Shown here piece by piece: positions 1 to 8,417 of a stretch of 64,000 bases of DNA. The DNA is taken from positions 627 through 64,626 of the forward strand of contig JACRPW010000044.1 of assembly GCA_016223005.1 (NCBI GenBank). Reading direction: 5' to 3'. Position 1 is the stretch's first letter. Each line of letters begins with the position of its first letter. Position numbers and translations under genes: made by a program. The notes under the pieces were generated by a model. It saw only the letters and a list, made by a program, of their open reading frames with translations. It did not search any database and was not told the DNA's origin. Source of the stretch: Deltaproteobacteria bacterium. Lineage in GTDB: Bacteria; Desulfobacterota; GWC2-55-46; UBA9637; GWC2-42-11.

Positions 1-1310
1 GCCCTTTTCCTGATTTAGTACTTCAAACAAGCCCGACAACTCCACAGCATCATTGATTTTGAATTGCTCTTCGCGTTTTTTATTGTATGATGCAATAGTT
101 TCACATACTTCCTTTAAATTTTTGTCTTTGCTCAACAAGCCATTTTGTATTCGGTCTTTTATATCGTGCCAGTTGGCAAAATACTTATCGGAAACTCTAT
201 CTACGGCAGCTTTCGACCAATAAATGTCGTCCCACTCTTCGGTTTGTTTCAGCCAGTCAATGAACCTGTAAATGGTTTGTACATCCTCCTTTGTTTATAC
301 AGCGTCTTGAAAGGCAGAAGTTTTCTGAAATCCTTTTCAACCCTTCGTGCCTGATTGTACAGGTTAATAAGTAAGTTATAATGCCCGATAATCCGATTGT
401 ATTCCTCTATTCCCGATTGCGACAAACACTCTGAAAATCTGGCAATTTCAAACATCTTCTCCTCAATGGGAGATGCTTCTATCATTTTATTTGTTTCGGC
501 ATCCTTTATATGTGTTGTTCTGTTGGCATCTTTCAAATATTGGTAGGCATTCAGGTACTCGTCTTTTCGTGAAAAAGTTACTTTCGCATTATCCTGTGAT
601 TTCTTCTTTTTCTTTTGAACTTTCCCCTCCAAAAACTGAATGCAGTTATCACAAAACTTGGGTAAGTTATCGTGTATAATCCGCGTAGCAACAGCAGTCG
701 CTTTTTCTTCTTTTTTATAGTAATTTTCCCTGTTTTGGTTGTAACCGGAGAAATAGGTGAAGAATTTTTCAAATGTTTTTAAGTGCGTTTCTAATTCCTT
801 TCTCTCGTTCTCATCATCTGTTAACTTCCTAATATTGTTTTTGATATACTTCAATATTCCTGCTTCGGTCAAACATTTGACGCCCTCTTTTTTTAAAACT
901 GGTTTTCCCTTATTGTCTTCTCCCGCCTTTTCTTTTAAAGGTTGTGTTCCAACATCGAAGGTTTTAACAACGGCTTCCCGAAGCGATTTTTCTTCTGAAG
1001 TAATCGTATTTTCTTTTTCCTTCTTCAGTTTGTATTTCTCAAAATATTTAGAGAAATCGATTTGTTTAGCTTCATCAGAAGTCAAGCTTCTGTTGATTAC
1101 CTGCTCGTGTATATGGTCCATAACAGGTTTCAGGGCTATGTACGCATCTTTTATTTTCCTGTCGTTTTCAAGGATATTTCCAAGCAATCTTGCCGCATCT
1201 TCTGCTGCAAGTGGTTTCCCATCTTTTCCGATAGGTTTCAGTTCAAACCTCAGCGTTTTGGAAATCTGGTATTTATTTGTAAACTTCTCAAAGATTGATT
1301 CATTTTCCAT
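1..1310 (-). CDS. cas12a: Cas12a (Cpf1) type V-A CRISPR effector, N-terminal ~435 codons only. The gene continues beyond the window start. There is an apparent -1 frameshift in an A-run near 294 (the listed ORF 249..1310 stops at 249 while a second frame continues open to position 1).
   Basis: The N-terminus MENESIFEKFTNKYQISKTLRFELKPIGKD matches the conserved Cas12a start (xEKFTNxYxLSKTLRFxxIPxGKT). FEKFFTYFSGYNQNRENYYKKEEKATAVATRIIHDNLPKF matches the Cas12a REC1 block (FxxFTTYFxGFxxNRxNxFSxExxSTxIxxRxIxxNLPKF). LYNQARRVEKDFRKLLPFKTLYKQ matches LYNQKxKxKLPKFKPLYKQ. The downstream frame reads FIDWLKQTEEWDDIYWSKAAVDRVSDKYF, consistent with continuation of Cas12a. An AAGGAGG ribosome-binding site lies 9 nt upstream of the ATG at 1310. 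Confidence 0.85.
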
Positions 1311-1373
1311 AGATTGTGTCCTCCTTATAAATGCGTTCTAATCAAAAATCCTCTCAAGTCGAACGAATAAATA

Positions 1374-1542
1374 AAAATAAGGGTTCATTCGTAAACCCCG
1401 CACCCCGCCCACAGGGCGGGGCCTTTTGGGTGCGGGGTAAAAAAGTTGAAATGTCAGGAAGGGGTGAGTGAAGTAGGTTGGGTTAGTTTTATCAACCCAA
1501 CCTTTGCAATAAACCATTGGATTTAGCGCTGCTCAACCCAAC
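1374..1542. repeat. Copy A of a ~170-nt structured direct repeat. It contains nested GC hairpins (ccccgcacc..ggtgcgggg enclosing cgccc-acag-ggcgg followed by cctttt) and a ggttgggtt/aacccaacc hairpin.
   Basis: About 93% identical to 2186..2355 in the same orientation. The inverted repeats were read directly from the sequence. Confidence 0.9.
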
Positions 1543-1583
1543 CTACAACCTACAAACCAAGCCAAAACGGCTGAGCTTCCCGC

Positions 1584-1853
1584 TTATATCTGCTCATCAT
1601 GTGCAGATTTTTCCTGCTTTACCCTCTCATGCAGACAAACCTTTATCAACGCCCCGCGATCAACACCGATCGCTTCACGGATTGTGTCAATGTCGTTAAC
1701 CAGTGATTCCGCAACATCCAGTGTAAGTCGCACCTTTTTCCCATGACGTATAAGCTTTGCCTTAGACATGTCAATAATGTCATGGATATCTTCACTGGAG
1801 TCAAAGCGGCGATCAAATTCAGCGCTGCTTTTAGCCGTTTTTTTCGTTTTCAT
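1584..1853 (-). CDS. brnA: BrnA-like antitoxin (ribbon-helix-helix/CopG-type), partner of the DUF497 toxin
   Basis: 89 aa with a KVRLTLDVAESLV beta-strand/helix pattern. It lies immediately downstream of BrnT and overlaps it by ~23 nt (toxin-first BrnTA organisation). Confidence 0.6.
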   Translation of the reverse strand: MKTKKTAKSSAEFDRRFDSSEDIHDIIDMSKAKLIRHGKKVRLTLDVAESLVNDIDTIREAIGVDRGALIKVCLHERVKQEKSAHDEQI

Positions 1854-2151
1854 ATAGTTCTACCTCCTTTTTGTTTGCCCGTCTGACCGAAATGATACGG
1901 ATTGCTTCATTGCGGTTGGTGTAAATTGCGATCCATATCTTCTTTTGGAGCTTGCCGATCACGATCCATATCTTCTTTTGGAGCTTGCTGATCACGATCC
2001 ATCTGTCTTCTACGGGATGTGGCGCATGGATTTCAATGCGGTTTTCATCCAGCCACAACTCTTTTGCCGTATCAAAGTCGATGCCGTGTGTAGATTTGTT
2101 TGAACTGCTCTTGTCGGAATCCCATTCAAACTTCATGGTGTTATTATACAT
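1831..2151 (-). CDS. brnT: BrnT toxin (DUF497/COG2929 RelE-like ribonuclease toxin). The likely real start is the internal MKFEWD at 2136. It contains a 33-bp in-frame tandem duplication.
   Basis: MKFEWDSDKSSSNKSTHGIDFDTAKELW...RIISVRRANKKE is the typical DUF497 signature. The duplicated 11-aa block is WIVISKLQKKI/WIVIGKLQKKI. Confidence 0.75.
   Translation of the reverse strand: MYNNTMKFEWDSDKSSSNKSTHGIDFDTAKELWLDENRIEIHAPHPVEDRWIVISKLQKKIWIVIGKLQKKIWIAIYTNRNEAIRIISVRRANKKEVELYENEKNG
1931..1996. repeat. 33-nt tandem duplication (2 full units plus a partial third) inside brnT
   Basis: atccatatcttcttttggagcttgccgatcacg is repeated with one mismatch. It is in-frame (11 codons). Confidence 0.9.
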
Positions 2152-2170
2152 ATTTTGTCCAGATTTTCAA
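2142..2170 (-). promoter_or_regulatory. Candidate sigma70 promoter for brnTA: TTGAAA-17-TATAAT, with the -10 ending 6 nt before the MKFEW ATG (leaderless or very short leader)
   Basis: On the minus strand the hexamers TTGAAA (2165-2170) and TATAAT (2142-2147) are separated by a 17-nt spacer. No SD sequence lies between the -10 and the ATG. Confidence 0.5.
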
Positions 2171-2185
2171 CATTTACTTATTATG

Positions 2186-2355
2186 AAAATAAGGGTTCAT
2201 TCGTAAACCCCGCACCCCGCCCACAGGGCGGCCTTTTGGGTGCGGGGTAAAAAAGTTGAAATGTCAGGAAGGGGTGAGTGAAGTAGGTTGGGTTGGTTTT
2301 ATCAACCCAATCTATTCTGCAATAAACCGTTGGGTTTCGCGCTGCTCAACCCAAC
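2186..2355. repeat. Copy B of the ~170-nt structured direct repeat
   Basis: Aligns with 1374..1542 with a few substitutions and a 2-nt indel. Confidence 0.9.
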
Positions 2356-2388
2356 ATATAAACTAAAATACGAAAGACGAAGAATAAG

Positions 2389-3174
2389 TTACACCCGCCA
2401 GTTATACAGGTCAAAATCCGCATCAGGGACATGCTCTGCTATATACCCCCTCTTTGGCCACCTCTCCAGAGAGATTTCGTCTTTGACTATTGTGATAAAA
2501 AATCTGATTTCATCATTCGTTTTAAGACCAAGTGCATTAAACGGCACAGCAATCTCCACAACATCCTTCACTGCTATCTCTTTAATCTCTGCTTTTTTAG
2601 TCCACTGCCCATCCCTATACTTTTCAAATATGTATGCCCATTCAATAGAGGGTCCATTTATCTGTGCCTCTACCTTAGAGTTTTCTGTGGAAAAAATGTT
2701 TATTGCAAAACCCCATCTTATATCAGAAGGCATAATCCCGCTTATGAAATCAAATCTGAAAAAGAGGCAGTCAAGATTAAAGCCGTAGTTTATGGAACTT
2801 AGTATGCTGCTAGTATCTTTTTCCATGTGCATGGCGCTTCCACCCCATCCGATATCTATCTTACCTGAAGAAAGCCACTCAAAATAATCGGTTATCTCAC
2901 CGTCAATAACAGGCATTATAAAAGATGTCGGTCTCGCAGCAGGTTCACAAACCCTTTCTTCTGAGATAATCGGAATATCAAGATTTGTCGGCGGCTCTTT
3001 ACCTATGAGCATATAAAGTTTTTTAAGATGCTTCCTGAACAGTTCATCAAATTCAATGTCATTCATTGATGAGTGTTCTTCCCCATACCACCAGAACCAG
3101 TCGCTCCCCTCCGCTGTATATATCTCCTCCCATGCCTCTTTAAGTTTTGAGATACTATCTTCACTTAATTCCAT
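2389..3174 (-). CDS. Glycoside hydrolase family 57, C-terminal portion. Probably the 3' part of a single GH57 gene separated from 3212..4501 by a frameshift.
   Basis: Its reading frame stays open upstream to 3219. The upstream ORF stops at 3212-3214, so the two frames abut within ~6 nt, which is the signature of an indel. The gene context is GH57. Confidence 0.55.
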   Translation of the reverse strand: MELSEDSISKLKEAWEEIYTAEGSDWFWWYGEEHSSMNDIEFDELFRKHLKKLYMLIGKEPPTNLDIPIISEERVCEPAARPTSFIMPVIDGEITDYFEWLSSGKIDIGWGGSAMHMEKDTSSILSSINYGFNLDCLFFRFDFISGIMPSDIRWGFAINIFSTENSKVEAQINGPSIEWAYIFEKYRDGQWTKKAEIKEIAVKDVVEIAVPFNALGLKTNDEIRFFITIVKDEISLERWPKRGYIAEHVPDADFDLYNWRV

Positions 3175-3211
3175 ACCGCCCTTTTTTAAGTTATTTTCAA
3201 ACAGAACCAGT

Positions 3212-4501
3212 TCATTCGCCTATCGTCACACACTTTATCAAATTATTACTGCTTATTTTTGAATACAGGGCATTTAAAAAATCATTCCCATCATTTTTAT
3301 AATATTCCCATGCATTTTCACCATCCAGAACTATTGTGACAAGATGACCCTCTATCTCGCTGCCAAGGGATTCCCTGATGTATAACAACCTTTCAACAAG
3401 GTCATCTGCAGCCTTTCCTGCATCCCATTTTGAATAAACAAACCCGATTAAGTCAGAAAGTATGCGGTCCCTGAAGACCATCGCAATCTCATTACCACCC
3501 TTCAGCATCTTATATGGTTTATACAATATATGCGGGTCAAGACATCTGTTGTTATCATCCCTCCTTATATGTTTGCCTAAAGACTGCTCCAGTATCCTCT
3601 CATCAGTTGCAATCCAGTTAATACCATGTCTTGCTATTAAAGATACTGCATCTTCACTTACACCCCCTTCTGGAGGCCACATACCAGCAGGCTTCTTGCC
3701 AAAGACATTTTCATGGTATCTAATGCCCTTTGCTATCTGCTCCATTGCATCTTCAGGGTGGACGAATCTTGAATTTGGCAAAACCACCCACGGCATTGCA
3801 TCTCTGGCAGAGTCAGTATCGCATAAAAGCGGCAGTATCGGATGATAGTACGGAGAGGTTGACAGTTCAATAATACCCAAGTCCTGCATTTTCCTGTATT
3901 CATGGATTATGATTTTTAAAATATCATACTGCTTTTCTATAAGCCTTGATTTTTCATCTTCTGTAAAATACTGCCCTTTTTTTTCAAGTCCTTTAAGAAA
4001 GTCATCGTCATCACGAAGTAAAGGGTCTATCCACGCAAGATTGAAAAGAACCTGCAGGTCCAGAAAGTCCTGCACAGCATAGTAGCGTATGGCTTCAGAG
4101 AAATTGCCATTGTATGAATGCAGCCCCCTTTTTTTAAGCAATTCCCAGTATCTTGGAAACGGCATTATCATATTCTCCCAGTTGGCAAAGAAAAACTTAT
4201 CTAAGAGAAATCTCTTGTCATCCAAAGTCAATATATCCGCAGGTTTTGTTGTAACATCCAGAAATCTATCCTTTGCCCTGCCTTCTGTGTAGTCTATGAG
4301 CTGCTCTAAAAGGGACGGCACAATATTGACTGTCTGGTGGATACTGGGATACCTTTCAAGTATATGCACCATATCATAATAATCCTTTGTCCCATGCAGT
4401 CTGACCCACGGCAGGGGATACCTGCCATCTACAGGGTCTTTATATAACGGCTGGTGCATATGCCAGAGAAATGCCACATGAATGGGTGAGTTGTCTTTCA
4501 T
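3212..4501 (-). CDS. Glycoside hydrolase family 57 catalytic domain (alpha-amylase / 4-alpha-glucanotransferase / branching-enzyme family), N-terminal portion
   Basis: The N-terminus VAFLWHMHQPLYKD carries the GH57 HQP motif, in a (beta/alpha)-barrel-like context. Confidence 0.7.
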   Translation of the reverse strand: MKDNSPIHVAFLWHMHQPLYKDPVDGRYPLPWVRLHGTKDYYDMVHILERYPSIHQTVNIVPSLLEQLIDYTEGRAKDRFLDVTTKPADILTLDDKRFLLDKFFFANWENMIMPFPRYWELLKKRGLHSYNGNFSEAIRYYAVQDFLDLQVLFNLAWIDPLLRDDDDFLKGLEKKGQYFTEDEKSRLIEKQYDILKIIIHEYRKMQDLGIIELSTSPYYHPILPLLCDTDSARDAMPWVVLPNSRFVHPEDAMEQIAKGIRYHENVFGKKPAGMWPPEGGVSEDAVSLIARHGINWIATDERILEQSLGKHIRRDDNNRCLDPHILYKPYKMLKGGNEIAMVFRDRILSDLIGFVYSKWDAGKAADDLVERLLYIRESLGSEIEGHLVTIVLDGENAWEYYKNDGNDFLNALYSKISSNNLIKCVTIGE

Positions 4502-4507
4502 GATCTA

Positions 4508-4996
4508 TCAATCTCTCATATTTACAAACTGCAGATTTATCTCCATATCCTTTGCCTTTAACATCTGGATAACTGCCTGAAGGTCATCCCTTTTCTTTCC
4601 TGTTACCCTTACCTGTTCATCCTGAATCTGCGGCTGAACCTTTATGTCACCGTCTTTTATAATCTTAACGATTTCCTTTGCCTTTTCAGTTGGTATGCCC
4701 TGTCTGATTTTTATCACCTGTCTCTTTAAACCGCCTGATGCATCTTCAATCTTTCCATATTCCAGTGCCTTTAAAGAAACACCCCTTTTCACCATCTTCC
4801 CTTGCAGAACATCTATAACTGCCATCAGTTTATAGTCATCGTCACCTATAACTATTATCTCCCCTTTCTTCTCCCACCTTATCTCACTCTTTGAACCTTT
4901 AAAATCATACCTCTGGCTGATTTCCTTTACAGCCTGATGAACCGCATTGTCAACCTCCTGTGTGTCTACCTTTGAAACAATATCAAAAGACGGCAT
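4508..4996 (-). CDS. yajQ: YajQ family nucleotide-binding protein (UPF0234)
   Basis: [19 protein letters not shown]... is the conserved YajQ N-terminus. Length is 162 aa. Confidence 0.85.
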   Translation of the reverse strand: MPSFDIVSKVDTQEVDNAVHQAVKEISQRYDFKGSKSEIRWEKKGEIIVIGDDDYKLMAVIDVLQGKMVKRGVSLKALEYGKIEDASGGLKRQVIKIRQGIPTEKAKEIVKIIKDGDIKVQPQIQDEQVRVTGKKRDDLQAVIQMLKAKDMEINLQFVNMRD

Positions 4997-5087
4997 ATCA
5001 TCTCCTCCTGATTGTCAGAAAATGCTATTCCGTAAAATAGCGATTAAAAACCTCGCTATTTTGCATTTTCTTCTATGTTGATAAAAT

Positions 5088-6479
5088 CTATCTCACATCT
5101 CCTCCAACAACTATCTCTGGTATGCGCAGTGTTGGCTGGGCATCTGAAACAGGCACACCCTGAGCATCCTTACCGCATGTGCCAATACCAAAACCTAAAT
5201 CACTGCCCACCATATCAATATCTTTCAGAACCTTTGGGCCATTCCCTGCTAATGTGGCGCCTCTCACAGGCTCTGATATTTTACCATTTTCTATGAGATA
5301 CCCCTCTGTAACCTCAAACACAAAATCACCATTTACCGTATTAACCTGCCCCCCTCCCATCTTTTTTACCAGAAGCCCCTTTTCAAGAGATGCGATTATC
5401 TCCTGCGGGCCTGTTTTACCCGGTGCAATCAGGGTATTTGTCATCCTTGGTATCGGTCTATGAAGGTAAGATTCCCGTCTGCCGTTGCCTGTAGACCTTT
5501 TCCCATCCTTCATTGCAGTAAGTCTATCATACATATAACCTTTAAGAATACCATTTTCAACAAGCACAGTCTTCTGCCCCTTTGTGCCCTCATCATCAAA
5601 AAAGAATGAACCCCGTTTATTTGGGATTGTCGCATCATCTATTACAGTTATAAGAGGGGATGCAACCTGTTCGCCAATCTTATTTGAATAGACTGAAAGG
5701 CACTGCTGTGATAAATCAGCCTCCAGTCCATGTCCTATTGCCTCATGAATCATTGTGCCGCCTGCACTGCTTGATAATATTACAGGCATCTTGCCGCCAG
5801 TCGCCATTCTTGAATTTAACAAGATAATTGCCCTTCGTGCCGCTGTTTCGGCAATCTGTTCAGGCGGCATATCTTCTAATATCTCTATACCCATGCAGCC
5901 GCCAACAGGTTCATAACCTGTTTGAAGGACATCACCCTCCACAGCAACAACATTCACAAAAAAGAGTATGCTTGTTTTATCTTCCTCTGCCCATGCACCT
6001 TCACTATTTATAACAGCCATCCTTCTTGCTCCATCACCATATACAACCTTAACCTGTTGGACCCTTTTATCTGTCCGCCTCGCTGCCATGTTTGCCCTGT
6101 TTACAATCTCAACCTTCTCTAAAAGGGGGATACTATGAGGAGGTATCTTTATAAAAAACCCTGCTGAAATATTTTTATGAGTGAGTGCAATATCCCTTTC
6201 TGTCTCTCCTTTTTTAACTGCCTGATTTACAGTTTCAGCAAGGGTAATCAGCCCTTTCTGTGAAATGTCATTTGTATATCCGTATGCGGTTTTATAATCA
6301 AATATAACCCTTATTCCGCAGCCGACATCCCTGCCAGATATAACCTTTTCAATCCTGTCTTCTTCGCAGACAATTGATGTATTTACAGTCTCTTCAAAGT
6401 ATATATCAGCAAAGTCTCCGCCTTTTTTGAGTGCAGTTTTCAGGATTTCAAACGGGTCAATACCCTTAATCAGTTCCAT
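5088..6479 (-). CDS. tldD: TldD/PmbA family metalloprotease. The listed ORF extends to 6581 but the likely start is MELIKGIDPF at 6479.
   Basis: HEAIGHGLEADL metal-binding motif. The N-terminal extension in the 6581 start has no homology and overlaps thiE. Confidence 0.85.
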   Translation of the reverse strand: MELIKGIDPFEILKTALKKGGDFADIYFEETVNTSIVCEEDRIEKVISGRDVGCGIRVIFDYKTAYGYTNDISQKGLITLAETVNQAVKKGETERDIALTHKNISAGFFIKIPPHSIPLLEKVEIVNRANMAARRTDKRVQQVKVVYGDGARRMAVINSEGAWAEEDKTSILFFVNVVAVEGDVLQTGYEPVGGCMGIEILEDMPPEQIAETAARRAIILLNSRMATGGKMPVILSSSAGGTMIHEAIGHGLEADLSQQCLSVYSNKIGEQVASPLITVIDDATIPNKRGSFFFDDEGTKGQKTVLVENGILKGYMYDRLTAMKDGKRSTGNGRRESYLHRPIPRMTNTLIAPGKTGPQEIIASLEKGLLVKKMGGGQVNTVNGDFVFEVTEGYLIENGKISEPVRGATLAGNGPKVLKDIDMVGSDLGFGIGTCGKDAQGVPVSDAQPTLRIPEIVVGGDVR

Positions 6480-6533
6480 TCCGATACCTCCAAGTCTATT
6501 GTTTTTTTTTAGCATACATTGTAATATATTTCC

Positions 6534-7151
6534 ATGCCAAAACAGATGCCAAAGTTCTATCCAATTATAGATACATCTCAAGTTTTGCTTTCAAGAATAG
6601 ATGACATTACAAGAACTATTATTCAAGCAGGTGCAAGGCTCATACAATTAAGAGGAAAAGACATTTCCACACGAAAGTTTGTTGACACTGCAAATATAAT
6701 AAGACCAATTGCAAAAAAAAACAACGCAGCATTTATTATAAACGACAGGGTTGATATTGCTGTGCTTGTTGGTGCAGACGGGGTTCATCTTGGGCAGGGA
6801 GATTTGCCGATAGAAGAGGCAAGAAGGCTCTTGGGAGATGAGAAAATCATCGGCATTTCAACGCACAATGAGGACGAGGCTAAAGATGCACAGACGAGAG
6901 GCGCTGATTATATTTCATTCGGACCGATATTTACTACCAAGACAAAAAAGGATGCGCAAGAGCCAAAGGGTATTCTTGAACTTAAAAAAATAAGGACAAA
7001 AGTAAATAGCCCCATTGCTGCAATCGGCGGCATAACTTTAGAAAACGCACAGGATGTATATAGGGCAGGGGCAGACTCTGCTGCGGTAATTTCAGATATT
7101 TTAAAATCAGATGATATAAAAGACAGGGTTAAAAGATTTATTAGTTTATGA
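6534..7151 (+). CDS. thiE: Thiamine-phosphate synthase
   Basis: FYPIID...AGARLIQLRGKD...GADGVHLGQGD...IAIGGI motifs. It overlaps thiD by ATGA. Confidence 0.9.
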   Translation: MPKQMPKFYPIIDTSQVLLSRIDDITRTIIQAGARLIQLRGKDISTRKFVDTANIIRPIAKKNNAAFIINDRVDIAVLVGADGVHLGQGDLPIEEARRLLGDEKIIGISTHNEDEAKDAQTRGADYISFGPIFTTKTKKDAQEPKGILELKKIRTKVNSPIAAIGGITLENAQDVYRAGADSAAVISDILKSDDIKDRVKRFISL

Positions 7152-7897
7152 GCACGGTATTAACCATAGCAGGTTCTGACCCATCAGGCGGGGCAGGTAT
7201 CCAGAGAGATTTAAGGGTATTCTCGGATTTTAAGTGCAATGGTCTTTCTGCAATAACCGCCCTCACTGCGCAAAATTCAAAAAAGGTAAATGCAGTTTTT
7301 CCTATTCCTGCCCGATTTGTCAAAAGACAGATTGGTGTACTTGTTGAAGAATATAAAATAGACGGCTTGAAGACAGGCATGCTTGCAGCAGAGGGGATAG
7401 TTAAGGTTGTTGTTGGATTTTTAAAAAGAAGGCAGCAGAAAAACATTGTTGTTGACCCTGTATTTGTCTCAACAAGCGGTTATCCGCTCCTTGAAAAAAA
7501 AGGGGTTGCAAGATTGAAAAGCGAACTAATCCCTCTTGCAGACATTGTTACGCCAAATCTCTTTGAGGCGCATATACTTTCTGGGATAAAAATTAATGGC
7601 ATTGATGAAATGCATTCTGCGGCAGAGAGGATTAAAAGACTTGGTTGTAAGGCTGTGCTTGTTAAGGGAGGACACCTCCATAAAATTTCAAATTCCAAAT
7701 CCCAAATTTCAAATGATGTGCTATATGATGGCGAGGAATTTAAATTGTTTAAAACAAGAAGGGTTCAAAAAGACTTGCACGGCACAGGGTGCATTCTGTC
7801 AGCAGGCATTGCAGCAGGGCTTGCAAATGGGCTGGATATGCAGTCTGCGATTAAAAAAGCAAAAAGGCATGTTACAAGGATGCTAATTCAAATATAG
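7148..7897 (+). CDS. thiD: Hydroxymethylpyrimidine/phosphomethylpyrimidine kinase. It contains a translated heptamer-repeat insertion (KISNSKSQISND).
   Basis: LTIAGSDPSGGAGIQRDL... and a C-terminal GTGCxLSAAIAA motif. The repeat ttcaaat/tccaaat/cccaaat/ttcaaat lies at 7687-7714. Confidence 0.9.
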   Translation: MSTVLTIAGSDPSGGAGIQRDLRVFSDFKCNGLSAITALTAQNSKKVNAVFPIPARFVKRQIGVLVEEYKIDGLKTGMLAAEGIVKVVVGFLKRRQQKNIVVDPVFVSTSGYPLLEKKGVARLKSELIPLADIVTPNLFEAHILSGIKINGIDEMHSAAERIKRLGCKAVLVKGGHLHKISNSKSQISNDVLYDGEEFKLFKTRRVQKDLHGTGCILSAGIAAGLANGLDMQSAIKKAKRHVTRMLIQI

Positions 7898-7918
7898 TAA
7901 GTAGTTACCGCTTACTGT

Positions 7919-8368
7919 TTACTGCTCACCGCTTACCGCTTTTGTGATTTCTATCTGTCTTGAATTCTCGCCTGTATAATAAAATTTTATAAGAATATAT
8001 TCTGGCGGTAAAAGAGGCAATCCCTTTTCTGCCCACTCAACAACTGTTACTACATCTGTATAAAAAAAATCCTCTATGCCTGCTTCGGTCAGTTCACTAA
8101 CACTGCCTAGCCTGTAAATGTCAATATGATATAAAGGCATCCTCCCCTTATATTCATTTACTATTGTAAAAGACGGGCTTTTGACAAGTTCATTTACACC
8201 AAGCCCTTTGGCAAGCCCTTGAACAAATGTTGTCTTGCCAGAGCCAAGGTCTCCGATAAGGGCAATAACATCACCTGCTTTAAGTTTAGCGCCAATCTTT
8301 TTGCCAAGTTTCCTTGTTTCTTCTTGAGAGTTTGTGTTAAAGATTTCTAGTTTCACGATATATCTCAA
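7919..8368 (-). CDS. tsaE: tRNA threonylcarbamoyladenosine biosynthesis ATPase TsaE (YjeE)
   Basis: Walker A GDLGSGKTTF and typical length. The C-terminus overlaps a ttaccgc-type short repeat. Confidence 0.8.
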   Translation of the reverse strand: MRYIVKLEIFNTNSQEETRKLGKKIGAKLKAGDVIALIGDLGSGKTTFVQGLAKGLGVNELVKSPSFTIVNEYKGRMPLYHIDIYRLGSVSELTEAGIEDFFYTDVVTVVEWAEKGLPLLPPEYILIKFYYTGENSRQIEITKAVSGEQ

Positions 8369-8417
8369 ACCTGAAGGTTTGAGTTACAAACCCTGTGCAA
8401 GTCTGTAACTCAAGGCT

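Noticed and set aside
1478-1542. Integron attC site (GTTGGGT and ACCCAAC core-like heptamers) flanking the TA cassette
   Set aside because: The motif order is core then inverse-core within a simple hairpin, not the RYYYAAC...GTTRRRY bipartite attC layout. No intI gene or attI is nearby. Judged a coincidence of a GGTTGGGTT/AACCCAACC inverted repeat.
1374-2355. The two 170-nt repeats as a minimal CRISPR array (repeat-spacer-repeat) belonging to cas12a
   Set aside because: The units are ~170 nt, not 36 nt, and are separated by a protein-coding brnTA insert. They lack the Cas12a repeat signature (AATTTCTACT...GTAGAT). The spacing is not periodic.
6479-6546. TPP riboswitch upstream of thiE-thiD
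   Set aside because: Only ~65 nt separate the divergent tldD and thiE starts. That is too short for a THI-box, and none of the conserved THI-element motifs could be read there.
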